A DNA stretch of 63,803 bases from Fibrobacteria bacterium (GTDB lineage Bacteria > Fibrobacterota > Chitinivibrionia > Chitinivibrionales > FEN-1185). Under the pieces are notes generated by a model, which saw nothing but the letters and a program-made list of their open reading frames with translations, ran no database searches and was not told the DNA's origin. The stretch lies in assembly GCA_037447435.1 (NCBI GenBank), contig JBBIGR010000029.1:1-63803 (forward strand). The letters run 5' to 3'. Shown piece by piece: positions 1 through 8,415 of this stretch. Positions within the stretch are counted from its first letter, which is position 1; each line of letters starts with the position of its first letter. The position numbers were made by a program, and so were the translations under genes.

Positions 1-37
1 GTTACCTCCGTTTGGGCTAGATAACCGGTTCGATTAT

Positions 38-355
38 TTAAACGGACAAGATCACAACTTGTCTCACAAACTCCACAAGCCCGTTCTTTGCAAACATTAA
101 TCTTCTGCATAATTGCTTGAGCTCACGCTTGTTCGGTTTAATTTGGGCGCCGGTAAATCTGAATACGGTCTCAGCCTCATCCGGGCCTTTATAAGAAACA
201 ACACGCGGCTCCATTTCGTGATACGTTTTATTATCCGGCAAATAAATAATGATATCCATCACCGGCAAGCCGACAAATTTCCAAGGCTTATCGCCCGGAA
301 CAATATCATAAACCCGTGTTTTAAATTTTGGTAATTTCTTAACGTTCGTCGTCAT
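38..355 (-). CDS. Hypothetical protein, first gene of a leftward operon divergent from an XRE regulator
   Basis: 105-aa ORF with an AGGAG RBS just upstream of the ATG. A further GGAGG on the minus strand at 5-9 suggests another gene starts just outside the window. Confidence 0.65.
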   Translation of the reverse strand: MTTNVKKLPKFKTRVYDIVPGDKPWKFVGLPVMDIIIYLPDNKTYHEMEPRVVSYKGPDEAETVFRFTGAQIKPNKRELKQLCRRLMFAKNGLVEFVRQVVILSV

Positions 356-452
356 GGTTCTCCTAAAAAAGAATTATAAGTTCTATTGAACGAGAAACCG
401 AAATTTGTTCGATTTTGAAATCATGTCAAGTGAAATAATATTATTCAAACAA

Positions 453-565
453 AGTGTACACTAAACATTATTTAATGTACATCTTTTGAAACATTTTAAG
501 CAAGCAAATAAAAGACCATTAACATTTATTTTAGAATGTACTTAAATGACATTGCAATGTACACT
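453..565. promoter_or_regulatory. Two pairs of TGTAC-core operator-like boxes between divergent genes
   Basis: AGTGTACACT 453-462, AATGTACATC 474-483, AATGTACTTA 535-544, AATGTACACT 556-565; 21-bp spacing within each pair. Confidence 0.65.
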
Positions 566-628
566 TATTGAAACATGATAAATGCATGGAATAGAAGGTG
601 TTACAAAAAGGTCGATTATTTTATTATT

Positions 629-982
629 ATGCAAAAAATTAGACCCGCTTTTCTTGGGGATAAACTAAAATCGATAAGACTTGAATCCGGTTTAACGCAA
701 ACCGAGCTGGGCAAGCGCGTTGGCCTCAGCCGCCGAATGGTATTGCATTATGAAAAGTACGCAACAAATCCTCCAGCAGATAAGGTTGCCCTGATCGCAG
801 CAGCGCTTGGTGTGAAGATTGAAGCTTTGCTGAAGGAAATTCCTGCAAGTAAAAAGACCAACATAGATCCCAAATTCGCCCGCAAATTGGAAAAAGCCAA
901 ATCCCTCCCTTTGAGCGATAGGCAATTATTGGAAACGATGATTGATAGTTTGCTCAAGAAGAATAAAAAAAGCCGACAATGA
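629..982 (+). CDS. XRE/Cro-CI family helix-turn-helix transcriptional regulator
   Basis: LKSIRLESGLTQTELGKRVGLSRRMVLHYE...P...IAAALGV is a classic HTH_3 pattern. Start placed at ATG 629; the frame is open from 575. Confidence 0.9.
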   Translation: MQKIRPAFLGDKLKSIRLESGLTQTELGKRVGLSRRMVLHYEKYATNPPADKVALIAAALGVKIEALLKEIPASKKTNIDPKFARKLEKAKSLPLSDRQLLETMIDSLLKKNKKSRQ

Positions 983-996
983 TTCTTCACCCCTCT

Positions 997-1026
997 TTGA
1001 CATCTTTTCCATAATTATTATATTCT
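997..1026 (+). promoter_or_regulatory. Sigma70-like promoter upstream of the DUF3800 gene
   Basis: TTGACA at 997-1002 followed by TATATT (1019-1024) or TATTCT (1021-1026). Confidence 0.55.
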
Positions 1027-1082
1027 TTGTACTAGGTTCCATTCATTTTAAAATCAAGCAAATCAGAATTCTGACGCTTTTC

Positions 1083-1124
1083 TTCCAAGTTCTAATTTCC
1101 GATTTGTGACTTCCAACTTCCTTT
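1083..1124. repeat. Degenerate heptamer tandem repeat
   Basis: TTCCAAG TTCTAAT TTCCGAT TTGTGAC TTCCAAC TTCCTTT. Confidence 0.55.
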
Positions 1125-1148
1125 TCCCAAAGGAGCCCGCCTTAGCCC

Positions 1149-1310
1149 ATGTACTATGAAGAACTCGATGAAAAAACCGCGCGCTATTGGCCTGAACCCG
1201 GCAACAAAGAAGCCTTGCAAATCCTTTTCGAACCGTTTTGCCATCATGTCATTCGAAGAATAAATAAAACGATAGAAGCGAATAGGGAAGTACTAAATGG
1301 AAATAGCTGA
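1149..1310 (+). CDS. Possible 53-aa small ORF overlapping the DUF3800 start
   Basis: Hand translation MYYEELDEKTARYWPEPGNKEALQILFEPF...GNS*; AGGAG lies 13 nt upstream, a long spacing. Confidence 0.3.
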   Translation: MYYEELDEKTARYWPEPGNKEALQILFEPFCHHVIRRINKTIEANREVLNGNS

Positions 1311-2181
1311 AACAATAACCCATAATTTTGACAAAGAATACATATTGTTTTGTGATGAATCGGACAAATACGGAAAGTATTATTCCAATTTTTACGGAGG
1401 CATTTTAGTTGCCTCTTCTCAATATGAAAAAGTGACTAATCTTTTAAATGCAAAAAAAAGAGAACTAAATCTTTTTGGAGAAGTCAAATGGGAAAAAATT
1501 ACTGAACGATATCTTGAAAAATATATCGAATTAGTAAAAATCTTTTTTCAAGAAGTTTTTGCAGGTAATGTCAAACTAAGAATAATGTTCCGGCAAAATG
1601 CTCACATTTCTAAAACACTTACTAATCAACACAACCAGGATCAGTATTATCTGCTATATTACCAATTTATTAAAAATGCGTTTGGCTTTGAATGTTTGCG
1701 ATCTGACCCATCCAATAGACCGATTCGGGTCAGGATTTACGTTGATCAAATCGGCGATACCTACGAACGAATTGACCGATTCAGGGGTTATCTTCATGCC
1801 TTACCGCGAAGCAAACGTTTTCGATATGCAAGATTCGAATTTCCCTTTGATGAGATTACAGAAGTGCGATCGCACGATCATGTACTTATGCAATGCTTGG
1901 ATATAGTGCTTGGTTCAATAACCTTTCGTTTAAATGATAAGCACTTAGAAAAACTTCCTGGGACACAAATCCGTGGAAAGCGGACAAAAGCTAAAGAAAA
2001 GGTTTATAAAGCAATTCTAGAGCAAATCCGTAATATTCATAAAAATTTCAATATTGGTATTTCAACAGGAATTATGAATTCCGCAGAGGGAAGGTGGTCT
2101 ACTTCATATGCTCATTGGAACTTCATTGCGAAAGGGGCGGAGTATCAAAAAGAACTGACTAAAACAGGTTGCCATAAATAA
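1297..2181 (+). CDS. DUF3800 family protein (predicted RNase H-like fold)
   Basis: N-terminal YILFCDES, central IYVDQ and C-terminal SHDHVLMQCLDIVLG match the DE / D / QxxD pattern of DUF3800. AT-rich gene. Confidence 0.8.
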   Translation: MEIAETITHNFDKEYILFCDESDKYGKYYSNFYGGILVASSQYEKVTNLLNAKKRELNLFGEVKWEKITERYLEKYIELVKIFFQEVFAGNVKLRIMFRQNAHISKTLTNQHNQDQYYLLYYQFIKNAFGFECLRSDPSNRPIRVRIYVDQIGDTYERIDRFRGYLHALPRSKRFRYARFEFPFDEITEVRSHDHVLMQCLDIVLGSITFRLNDKHLEKLPGTQIRGKRTKAKEKVYKAILEQIRNIHKNFNIGISTGIMNSAEGRWSTSYAHWNFIAKGAEYQKELTKTGCHK

Positions 2182-2250
2182 AAAACCCCATCTGGCCTAC
2201 ATAAGTTTCTGACGCATGACGTCAGGGTTCGACCAGACAGGGATATCTTC
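2181..2250 (-). ncRNA. Candidate DUF3800-associated structured RNA (~70 nt), convergent with the gene
   Basis: Nested stems AUCCC/GGGGU, UCUGGUC/GGCCAGA and CUGACG/CGUCAG, a 3' U-tract, and an upstream promoter on the same strand. Confidence 0.7.
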
Positions 2251-2256
2251 ATATTA

Positions 2257-2286
2257 ATAATACGATAAACCCTTGATAAAAGTCAA
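2257..2286 (-). promoter_or_regulatory. Sigma70-like promoter for the candidate ncRNA
   Basis: Minus strand TTGACT (2286-2281), 18-nt spacer, TATTAT (2262-2257). Confidence 0.6.
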
Positions 2287-2505
2287 ACATTTTATTTACT
2301 CTGGGCAGGAATCCTTTGCCGGTATACCTGTCGGCTTTGCAAACGTCCCGGCCATTATTCATGCCAAGCCTATTTGCTTAACGTGATAACCAAAGATATC
2401 GGCGAGTCCAGAGGCCCGCTTAGTGTCAGTGTTCCGGTCAGGCTGTTGCCGCTCAACGTTCCGTTTGAAAATGCCACTGTCCGATTATGGAACTCATTGT
2501 GGGAT

Positions 2506-3150
2506 TCAGGCGAATTTTGCCGGCCACTGCAAACGGATCTGATGCAAAATCCCGGAGTCGATTTCCGTTTTGCAAAACGATCTCACTGTGCCAAGGTCGG
2601 CTTTACGAAAATGGGCATCCCGGAGATTTGCTCCGGTAAGGTCAGCATCCTTAAGGTTCGCGCCACGAAGGTCGGCGTTTCGAAGATTTGCGTCGACAAG
2701 ATTGGCGCCTTCGAGGTTGGCTCCTCGAAGATCGGCATCGGTAAGATTGGCTTCCCGCAAGCTTGCTCCGGCAATATTCGAGCACTGCAAATTTGCGCCG
2801 GTTAAGTTGGCTTCCCAAAGACTTGCACCCCAAAGGCATGCATCAAAAAGGTCGGCCCTCGATAAATCCGCCTTCCAAAGGCTGGCTTCCATGAAATTGG
2901 CATTCGAAAGATCCGCACCCCAAAGAATCGAACCCTCAAGATTGGCTCCCGCAAAATTTGCTTTCCTAAGGTAAGCACATGAAAGATCGGCACTTAGAAG
3001 ATTCGCACCGGAAAAATCCGCTTCATGCAAGTCTGCAACAGAGAGTATAACACGCTCAAAATCAGGCGCGCTTATTTTTACTCTTTTTCTATGGTCATTC
3101 CAATTTTCGACACCGGATTTCAAAATTTCAAGATGAGTATGTGAAGTCAT
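2506..3150 (-). CDS. Pentapeptide repeat protein
   Basis: Long run of A(D/N)LxG/A pentapeptides (ANLEG, ADLSN, ADLRG); N-terminal HLEILKSGVENWN typical of the family; AGGAG RBS. Confidence 0.92.
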   Translation of the reverse strand: MTSHTHLEILKSGVENWNDHRKRVKISAPDFERVILSVADLHEADFSGANLLSADLSCAYLRKANFAGANLEGSILWGADLSNANFMEASLWKADLSRADLFDACLWGASLWEANLTGANLQCSNIAGASLREANLTDADLRGANLEGANLVDANLRNADLRGANLKDADLTGANLRDAHFRKADLGTVRSFCKTEIDSGILHQIRLQWPAKFA

Positions 3151-3492
3151 TGTGCAATTTCTCCTGTCTAAAAAGACGCCTTGGGTTGCGGATTTATTTG
3201 ACCCGATGCTATTGTTTATCGGACAGTCTTGAAATGTGCTTAAATTTTCTCATTTTGATTGTGTCTTTCAACTTTCGACATTTTTTCTACCCAGTTCTTA
3301 TCAATTTACTATTTTGTATTTTATAATAGTATTGCAGCACTTTTGTAAAAAGACGATGTCAATAAAATTGTTTTCAAATGGCACATGATCACCAGGTGAA
3401 ACTGTTCAGGATGGATTCAACTTCTAACTTCTAGCTCTCTTAAACGCAGTGTGTTGTATATTATTGATAGAGCCGGGTATGAGGAGATTAAT

Positions 3493-3804
3493 ATGAAATC
3501 AATCTTGTTGGAAAAAGTTAAGAGTGCCATAAAACAAATCGAGCCTTCTGCAGAAATCATTCTTTTTGGTTCTCGGGCGCGTAATGATTTCCGGGAATAT
3601 TCCGATTGGGATTTTCTAGTTCTTCTGGATGGACCTGTAAACACTGCTCGCACAGACCAGATTCGCCATGTTCTGTTTGAAATTGAGTTGGATTCCGATC
3701 AAGTTATTAGTTCTATTATTCGAAGCCGCCAAGAGTGGAACAGTCCAAAATATTCAGTTGTACCTCTTCATAAGAATGTTGTGAGAGAGGGAATTCGGAT
3801 ATGA
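3493..3804 (+). CDS. Minimal nucleotidyltransferase (MNT) antitoxin-like protein
   Basis: ILFGSRARNDFREYSDWDFLV fits the GS-x10-DxD motif; GAGGAG RBS at 3481-3486. Confidence 0.88.
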   Translation: MKSILLEKVKSAIKQIEPSAEIILFGSRARNDFREYSDWDFLVLLDGPVNTARTDQIRHVLFEIELDSDQVISSIIRSRQEWNSPKYSVVPLHKNVVREGIRI

Positions 3805-4013
3805 ACGAAGATCTGAAAGATCTTATAACTCGTTATGTATCCAGGGCAAAAGAATCTCTTGATGAAGCAGTAATCCTTGCTAACGCAGGGCATTGGAATG
3901 CCTGTGTTAACCGGCTGTATTATTCTTGTTTTTATGTTGTGTCTGCATTGTTGAGCAAACACGATCAAGGTTCTTCCAAACAATACCGATACTATATAAT
4001 AATGGGTATGTAA
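3801..4013 (+). pseudogene. HEPN domain protein, C-terminally truncated
   Basis: RAKESLDEA...NRLYYSCFY..SALL...SSK is a HEPN N-terminal half. Similarity stops near 3980 and the ORF ends at 70 aa. ATGA overlap with the MNT gene. Confidence 0.75.
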
Positions 4014-4125
4014 CCCTCTATTATTTCTATTCCGTTGCTCCGCAACCGGATAGTTGTAGCTGTGATTATTATCCCTCGCGAAAAGCGTAGATAATCTTTA
4101 TATAGTCACTAATCCTAGGAAAACC

Positions 4126-4887
4126 ATGATCAGTGTCATTGTCTGTTGCCGCCAGCCCGAGTCATGGGATTTCCATAAACGCAATGTCGAGAAAACAATC
4201 GGCTGCGAATACGAATATATCCGCGTCGATAATACGCAAAACCGATACGGAATTTGCGCAGCCTACAACGAAGGCGTAAAACGCGCCAAAGGCGATCTTT
4301 GCGTTTTTGTGCATGAAGACTGCTTTTTCATGGAAGTCGGCTGGGGAAATATTTTAAACGCCAAATTTACAGCAGATAAAAATCTCGGCCTCGTCGGCGT
4401 CGCCGGCACGCAATACCTGTTTGCCGATTCGCCTGCCTGGATCAGCGCAGGCATGCCGTTTATCCGCGGCAGGGTGGTGCATGAAATAAACAACGGTGAA
4501 ATGTTTGTTTTAACCGTTTTCTCATGGGATAAAGCCGATGCCGAAGTCGTTGCCGTCGACGGATTGTTTTTTGCGATTCCAACGAAACTGTTCGAAACCG
4601 TAAGTTTCGACGAAGTCACATTTCCGGGCTTCCATTTTTACGATCTCGACATATGCATGCAGGTTCGAAAAACGCATAAACTCCTCGTCACGTGGGACAT
4701 TTTATTGAAACATTTTTCGGGCGGCAATATGAACCAGGTGTGGCTCGATTACGGAAACAAATTCTTGGCAAAATATAAAAACGAATTACCCGCCACATGT
4801 ACCGCACTCGTTCCGGACCCTGCAAAAAACATCAAATGCCAAAGCTTCGATTTGCGTGGAAAAGCGCAATTAGGCGTTGTCGTGTAA
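4126..4887 (+). CDS. Glycosyltransferase, GT2-like
   Basis: MISVIVC, AYNEG, FVHED (DxD-like), VDGLF and FHFYDLDIC motifs. Confidence 0.85.
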   Translation: MISVIVCCRQPESWDFHKRNVEKTIGCEYEYIRVDNTQNRYGICAAYNEGVKRAKGDLCVFVHEDCFFMEVGWGNILNAKFTADKNLGLVGVAGTQYLFADSPAWISAGMPFIRGRVVHEINNGEMFVLTVFSWDKADAEVVAVDGLFFAIPTKLFETVSFDEVTFPGFHFYDLDICMQVRKTHKLLVTWDILLKHFSGGNMNQVWLDYGNKFLAKYKNELPATCTALVPDPAKNIKCQSFDLRGKAQLGVVV

Positions 4888-4944
4888 TAAGTCCAGTAGG
4901 TTTTAGGACTATACATTTTACTTTTAAGTACCTATAAAGTAAAC

Positions 4945-6174
4945 TTATCCCGGGCGAAGCATGGGGTTAGCCATTTTTAACCGTTGAATCATGGGGTCGA
5001 TTCTGGTGAGATTTTCGGTATCTGGCTGAAAAGATCTATGCTTGTCGTAATAGGCCAAGGCATTTGCGAGTTGATTACTTTCCAGGAGTTTTGTCAGGGT
5101 TTGTATGAATTCGCTATGGCCGGGCGATGGCGGAAGAGCGTCGGGCGCTTTAATAGTTTCAAACGATTCGATCTCTTTAAAATCAATAACTCGTTCATAG
5201 GGATCGCCTTGTTTGCAATACGGTAATAATAAGGCCGAAAATGCGGTAAGCAGGTTTTCTCCTGCGGAAGGCGACAAACCGTTTTCCTCGGATCTTACAA
5301 ACCGCACGATTCCGGGATTTTCCGAAAGAATGACATTGCGCCAATCAGGATTTTTAAGGCTTATTATTTCCAAAACATCCGAAAGAATGATTCGTTTTAG
5401 TGGTGGGGAAATATTGGCGTTGACAATAGTACGCATGAGATTGATAGTCAAAATCGTATAGGGCTTTGTCGGGTGGTCTTTGCTCAGAGAATTACAAACA
5501 GATTCCATTTGTTCTTTGGCGGTTCGCCCGTTTAGCCGGTAATAAAAGAGCTTTTCGGGTATAAAGTGTACGGAGCCCAAAAACATGAGCTGCATGAGCA
5601 TCACCACATCGCCGCCGTAACAATCGAGCTCCACATTCATATCGAGCAATGCCTGACGCCGGTACAATCCGTATGAATTATAACCGACATTGGTTTCATT
5701 GAAAATTGCCGCGACCCGTGAACGAAGACCCATGCCTACCGTGTGTAAGGGCGGATAGGGAAAATCGGTCGGCATAAGGTCGGGCGTGAGGAACTGCACG
5801 GCGGGTACCGCCAGCATTATTTCAGGATCGGATTCAAGAATTTTCACGCATTCGAAAAGAAACCGGGGATGCCATTGATCGTCATGAGACGACATGAGAT
5901 AATACTTGCCGGTGCCGCGATAAAAAGCGTGTCTGCCGTTATTGTTTGATCCGTAATTCTGGTCTCGGCGAATATATTGAATCCTGGAATCGCGCGACGC
6001 ATAGTCGCGGCAAAGCTGTTCGGTGCCGTCGGTTGAGGCATTGTCTGAAATGTTAAGCTCAAAGTCGCAAAATTCCTGTGCAAGCAGGGAATCGAGCGCA
6101 AGCTTCAGAAGGTCACCGCCGTTGTAAACAGGCATGCCGATGCTGACAAGCGGAGGCTTTTTTAAAGTTTCCAT
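4945..6174 (-). CDS. GT2 glycosyltransferase with C-terminal helical extension
   Basis: PLVSIGMPVYNG, ISDNASTDGT, SHDD; TGATG overlap with the upstream gene. Confidence 0.9.
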   Translation of the reverse strand: METLKKPPLVSIGMPVYNGGDLLKLALDSLLAQEFCDFELNISDNASTDGTEQLCRDYASRDSRIQYIRRDQNYGSNNNGRHAFYRGTGKYYLMSSHDDQWHPRFLFECVKILESDPEIMLAVPAVQFLTPDLMPTDFPYPPLHTVGMGLRSRVAAIFNETNVGYNSYGLYRRQALLDMNVELDCYGGDVVMLMQLMFLGSVHFIPEKLFYYRLNGRTAKEQMESVCNSLSKDHPTKPYTILTINLMRTIVNANISPPLKRIILSDVLEIISLKNPDWRNVILSENPGIVRFVRSEENGLSPSAGENLLTAFSALLLPYCKQGDPYERVIDFKEIESFETIKAPDALPPSPGHSEFIQTLTKLLESNQLANALAYYDKHRSFQPDTENLTRIDPMIQRLKMANPMLRPG

Positions 6175-7235
6175 CAGCAAATTTTTCCCCAGCGCAACGC
6201 GCAGATTTTACAATAATCGTACCCCGTTTCATCTTCAAAATCAACGTCTTTTTTCAATTCCGTATAGGACTTTGAAGCGTTCAGGGAATTGTAAATTGCG
6301 TTGCGTGCACCGCAAATCCGCGGTTCATTCCAGATTTTATACACGTCATCTTCGAAGATGTTGCCGAGTTTATATTGCTTTACGCAAACGCGGTCCAATT
6401 TGCCGTCGGCCATATACTCGATGTGATGTTCCTGCGGTTTTTCTTTGTTCAGGCTGCCGTACATGAAACAGCACGGGTAAATCTCGCCGTTGATTCCGAC
6501 CATGAGCGACGAAAACGGTTCCTGACACGGACGGGGCGACGTGATGATTTTTAAAGGATGCTGTTGATCGGGATAGTGTTCGTTAAAAGATTCGACGGTG
6601 CCGGTTCCCGGATACAAACCATTAAAACTGAATTGAAATTCTTCGCAAAATTTTGCTATTTCACCGATATACGGATATGTTTTTTTTGTTATGATACTTT
6701 GTATACCGATGCGAATATCGGCCCGCATGGATGCGAGGAGCTGAAGGTTTCTTAATACTTTGGAAACGTCTCCGCCCGGTCGCATGGCCTTATAAATTTC
6801 AGGCCTAAAGGAATCGATTGAAAACTGCACAATTGCGTTTTGCGGAAAAGCCCGGATGTTTTCCTCATTTAAAACCATGCCGTTGGTGACGATATGCAAT
6901 TGCAAACCGAGGGTCCGGACAAGAGCCATTATTTTGAACCATTCAGGATGTAAAAGAGGTTCGCCCTGCCCAATGACCACAAACCGTTGAAGCGTAGGCA
7001 CTTTGTTTAAAATGGCCTCGATCTTTTCATAGGGCATATTGTACTTCGTTAATTTGTAAACATTGCAAAGGGTGCATTTAAGGTTGCAACCCCAAAGGAT
7101 TTCCAACGACAAGGAAATCAGGTTGGGACGCGGGAGCGGTGCAATGGTTTTGAGCTGCGGCAACGGATTTGGGGCAATTCTCGTTGCACTGAGGCCTGTT
7201 GAAACAGGCGTTGATTCGCAGGTTGTGTTTTCCAT
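6174..7235 (-). CDS. Radical SAM / SPASM domain protein
   Basis: CNLKCTLC, GQGEPLLHP, VTNG, CQEPF...GEIYPCC and C-terminal CKIC. Start ATG 7235; GTG 7247 is an alternative. Confidence 0.9.
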   Translation of the reverse strand: MENTTCESTPVSTGLSATRIAPNPLPQLKTIAPLPRPNLISLSLEILWGCNLKCTLCNVYKLTKYNMPYEKIEAILNKVPTLQRFVVIGQGEPLLHPEWFKIMALVRTLGLQLHIVTNGMVLNEENIRAFPQNAIVQFSIDSFRPEIYKAMRPGGDVSKVLRNLQLLASMRADIRIGIQSIITKKTYPYIGEIAKFCEEFQFSFNGLYPGTGTVESFNEHYPDQQHPLKIITSPRPCQEPFSSLMVGINGEIYPCCFMYGSLNKEKPQEHHIEYMADGKLDRVCVKQYKLGNIFEDDVYKIWNEPRICGARNAIYNSLNASKSYTELKKDVDFEDETGYDYCKICALRWGKIC

Positions 7236-7359
7236 TTTTATGACCACCTTATAGGGTAGTTTGAAAGTTTAAAACAAGGTAACTTTACCAATGAAGTACC
7301 TATACTATTTAAATTATCGGATATCGATTAAAAAAACATAAGGAATATTTATAAGTGTA

Positions 7360-8415
7360 CTATTTCGTAATCACCAATGTCCCGTTATTATCGGCTAGCG
7401 GGACTTTCCGTAAAAAACCGCATTCCTGTTCGAATCGATGCACAGCTTTTTTGACTCCAGGCCATTGCCCATGATTGTATTCGTGGATAAAAAGGTAGCC
7501 GCCTTGTACCAATCGAGGATAAAAATAAACAAGAGACTCGTAAATCGATTCGTGAAGATCGACGTCGATGGAGACAAAAGCGAAAGTCGTTTTGTCCAGG
7601 CCTTTTGCCGATTCGGGAAAATAACCTTTCCGAATAATGCACTGTTCGGGGAAAGGCATTTTCTTAAGAACCAGTTCCACGCTGGTGTCCCGGAAACAGT
7701 TTACGTGTTCCGCGACAACGCCTTCCTTGATTTTTTCCTCGGCATATTCCTTGGTGTCGAATCCGTCGAAGGTATCGAACAGGTATAATTTTTTATCAGT
7801 AAATTTCGTATTGATAAGTGAGGCAAAATCACCACGAAATACGCCCACTTCGGCCACGGACGCCAAACGCATCTCATTTGTCGTATTGCGCAGGATCTCG
7901 TCTCCGCACAATTCGAAGGTCCGAAACCTGGTATAGTCGGATTGCATCAAACGGCGCTGCGCATCGTTTTTAGGAGGGGCATACGAGTCCCATTCCATTT
8001 TTCTATGCATGATGAAATGCGACGGATGAATGGAAAATTCGTCCCCGCCGTTTTCGTCGCAAGCGAGAATTTCATGGACGATCCGATAATTTTCGGCAAG
8101 CCCGGGCGAATCCCAGCTCAGGCCGAGCGTGAGAATTTTTTTACGGTCGATATGAAGCTGCATGGTCAGCTGTTCGTATACGTCCTGGGCATAGGGATGA
8201 ATGGTCACGAGTATGTAGTCGCAAGAATCAATAATGTCCCTGTTTCCCGGACTGTAAACCATTCGGCCGTGAAAGAGCGAACCGTGCCGCGCTGCGTCGT
8301 TGTCGAAAAGCCCGACGATCTTCACCTGCGGTTTGATCATCGTAAGTATCCGTTCGGCATTTCTGCCGCATCCCCATAGGGCAACCGTCACCATTGTCGT
8401 TTTTCCTTTCGGCAT
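7360..8415 (-). CDS. TylF/MycF family O-methyltransferase with N-terminal Rossmann-like module
   Basis: AEVGVFRG, LYLFDTFDGF, KGYFPES, FVSIDVDL; N-terminal VALWGCG...FDND. Confidence 0.88.
   Translation of the reverse strand: MPKGKTTMVTVALWGCGRNAERILTMIKPQVKIVGLFDNDAARHGSLFHGRMVYSPGNRDIIDSCDYILVTIHPYAQDVYEQLTMQLHIDRKKILTLGLSWDSPGLAENYRIVHEILACDENGGDEFSIHPSHFIMHRKMEWDSYAPPKNDAQRRLMQSDYTRFRTFELCGDEILRNTTNEMRLASVAEVGVFRGDFASLINTKFTDKKLYLFDTFDGFDTKEYAEEKIKEGVVAEHVNCFRDTSVELVLKKMPFPEQCIIRKGYFPESAKGLDKTTFAFVSIDVDLHESIYESLVYFYPRLVQGGYLFIHEYNHGQWPGVKKAVHRFEQECGFLRKVPLADNNGTLVITK

Noticed and set aside
1069..1077. 9-nt match (TTCTGACGC) between the DUF3800 leader and the ncRNA stem at 2207-2215
   Set aside because: Too short to exceed chance, and mostly buried in a stem; not usable as evidence of antisense targeting.
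2181..2250. Plain rho-independent terminator for the DUF3800 gene
   Set aside because: The U-tract and G-U pairs work only on the opposite strand, the fold is multi-stem, and a dedicated promoter lies directly upstream. A secondary terminator role is not excluded.
2374..2993. Several overlapping ORFs with periodic sequence, and a possible DNA repeat array
   Set aside because: These are shadows of the 15-nt periodicity of the pentapeptide-repeat gene.
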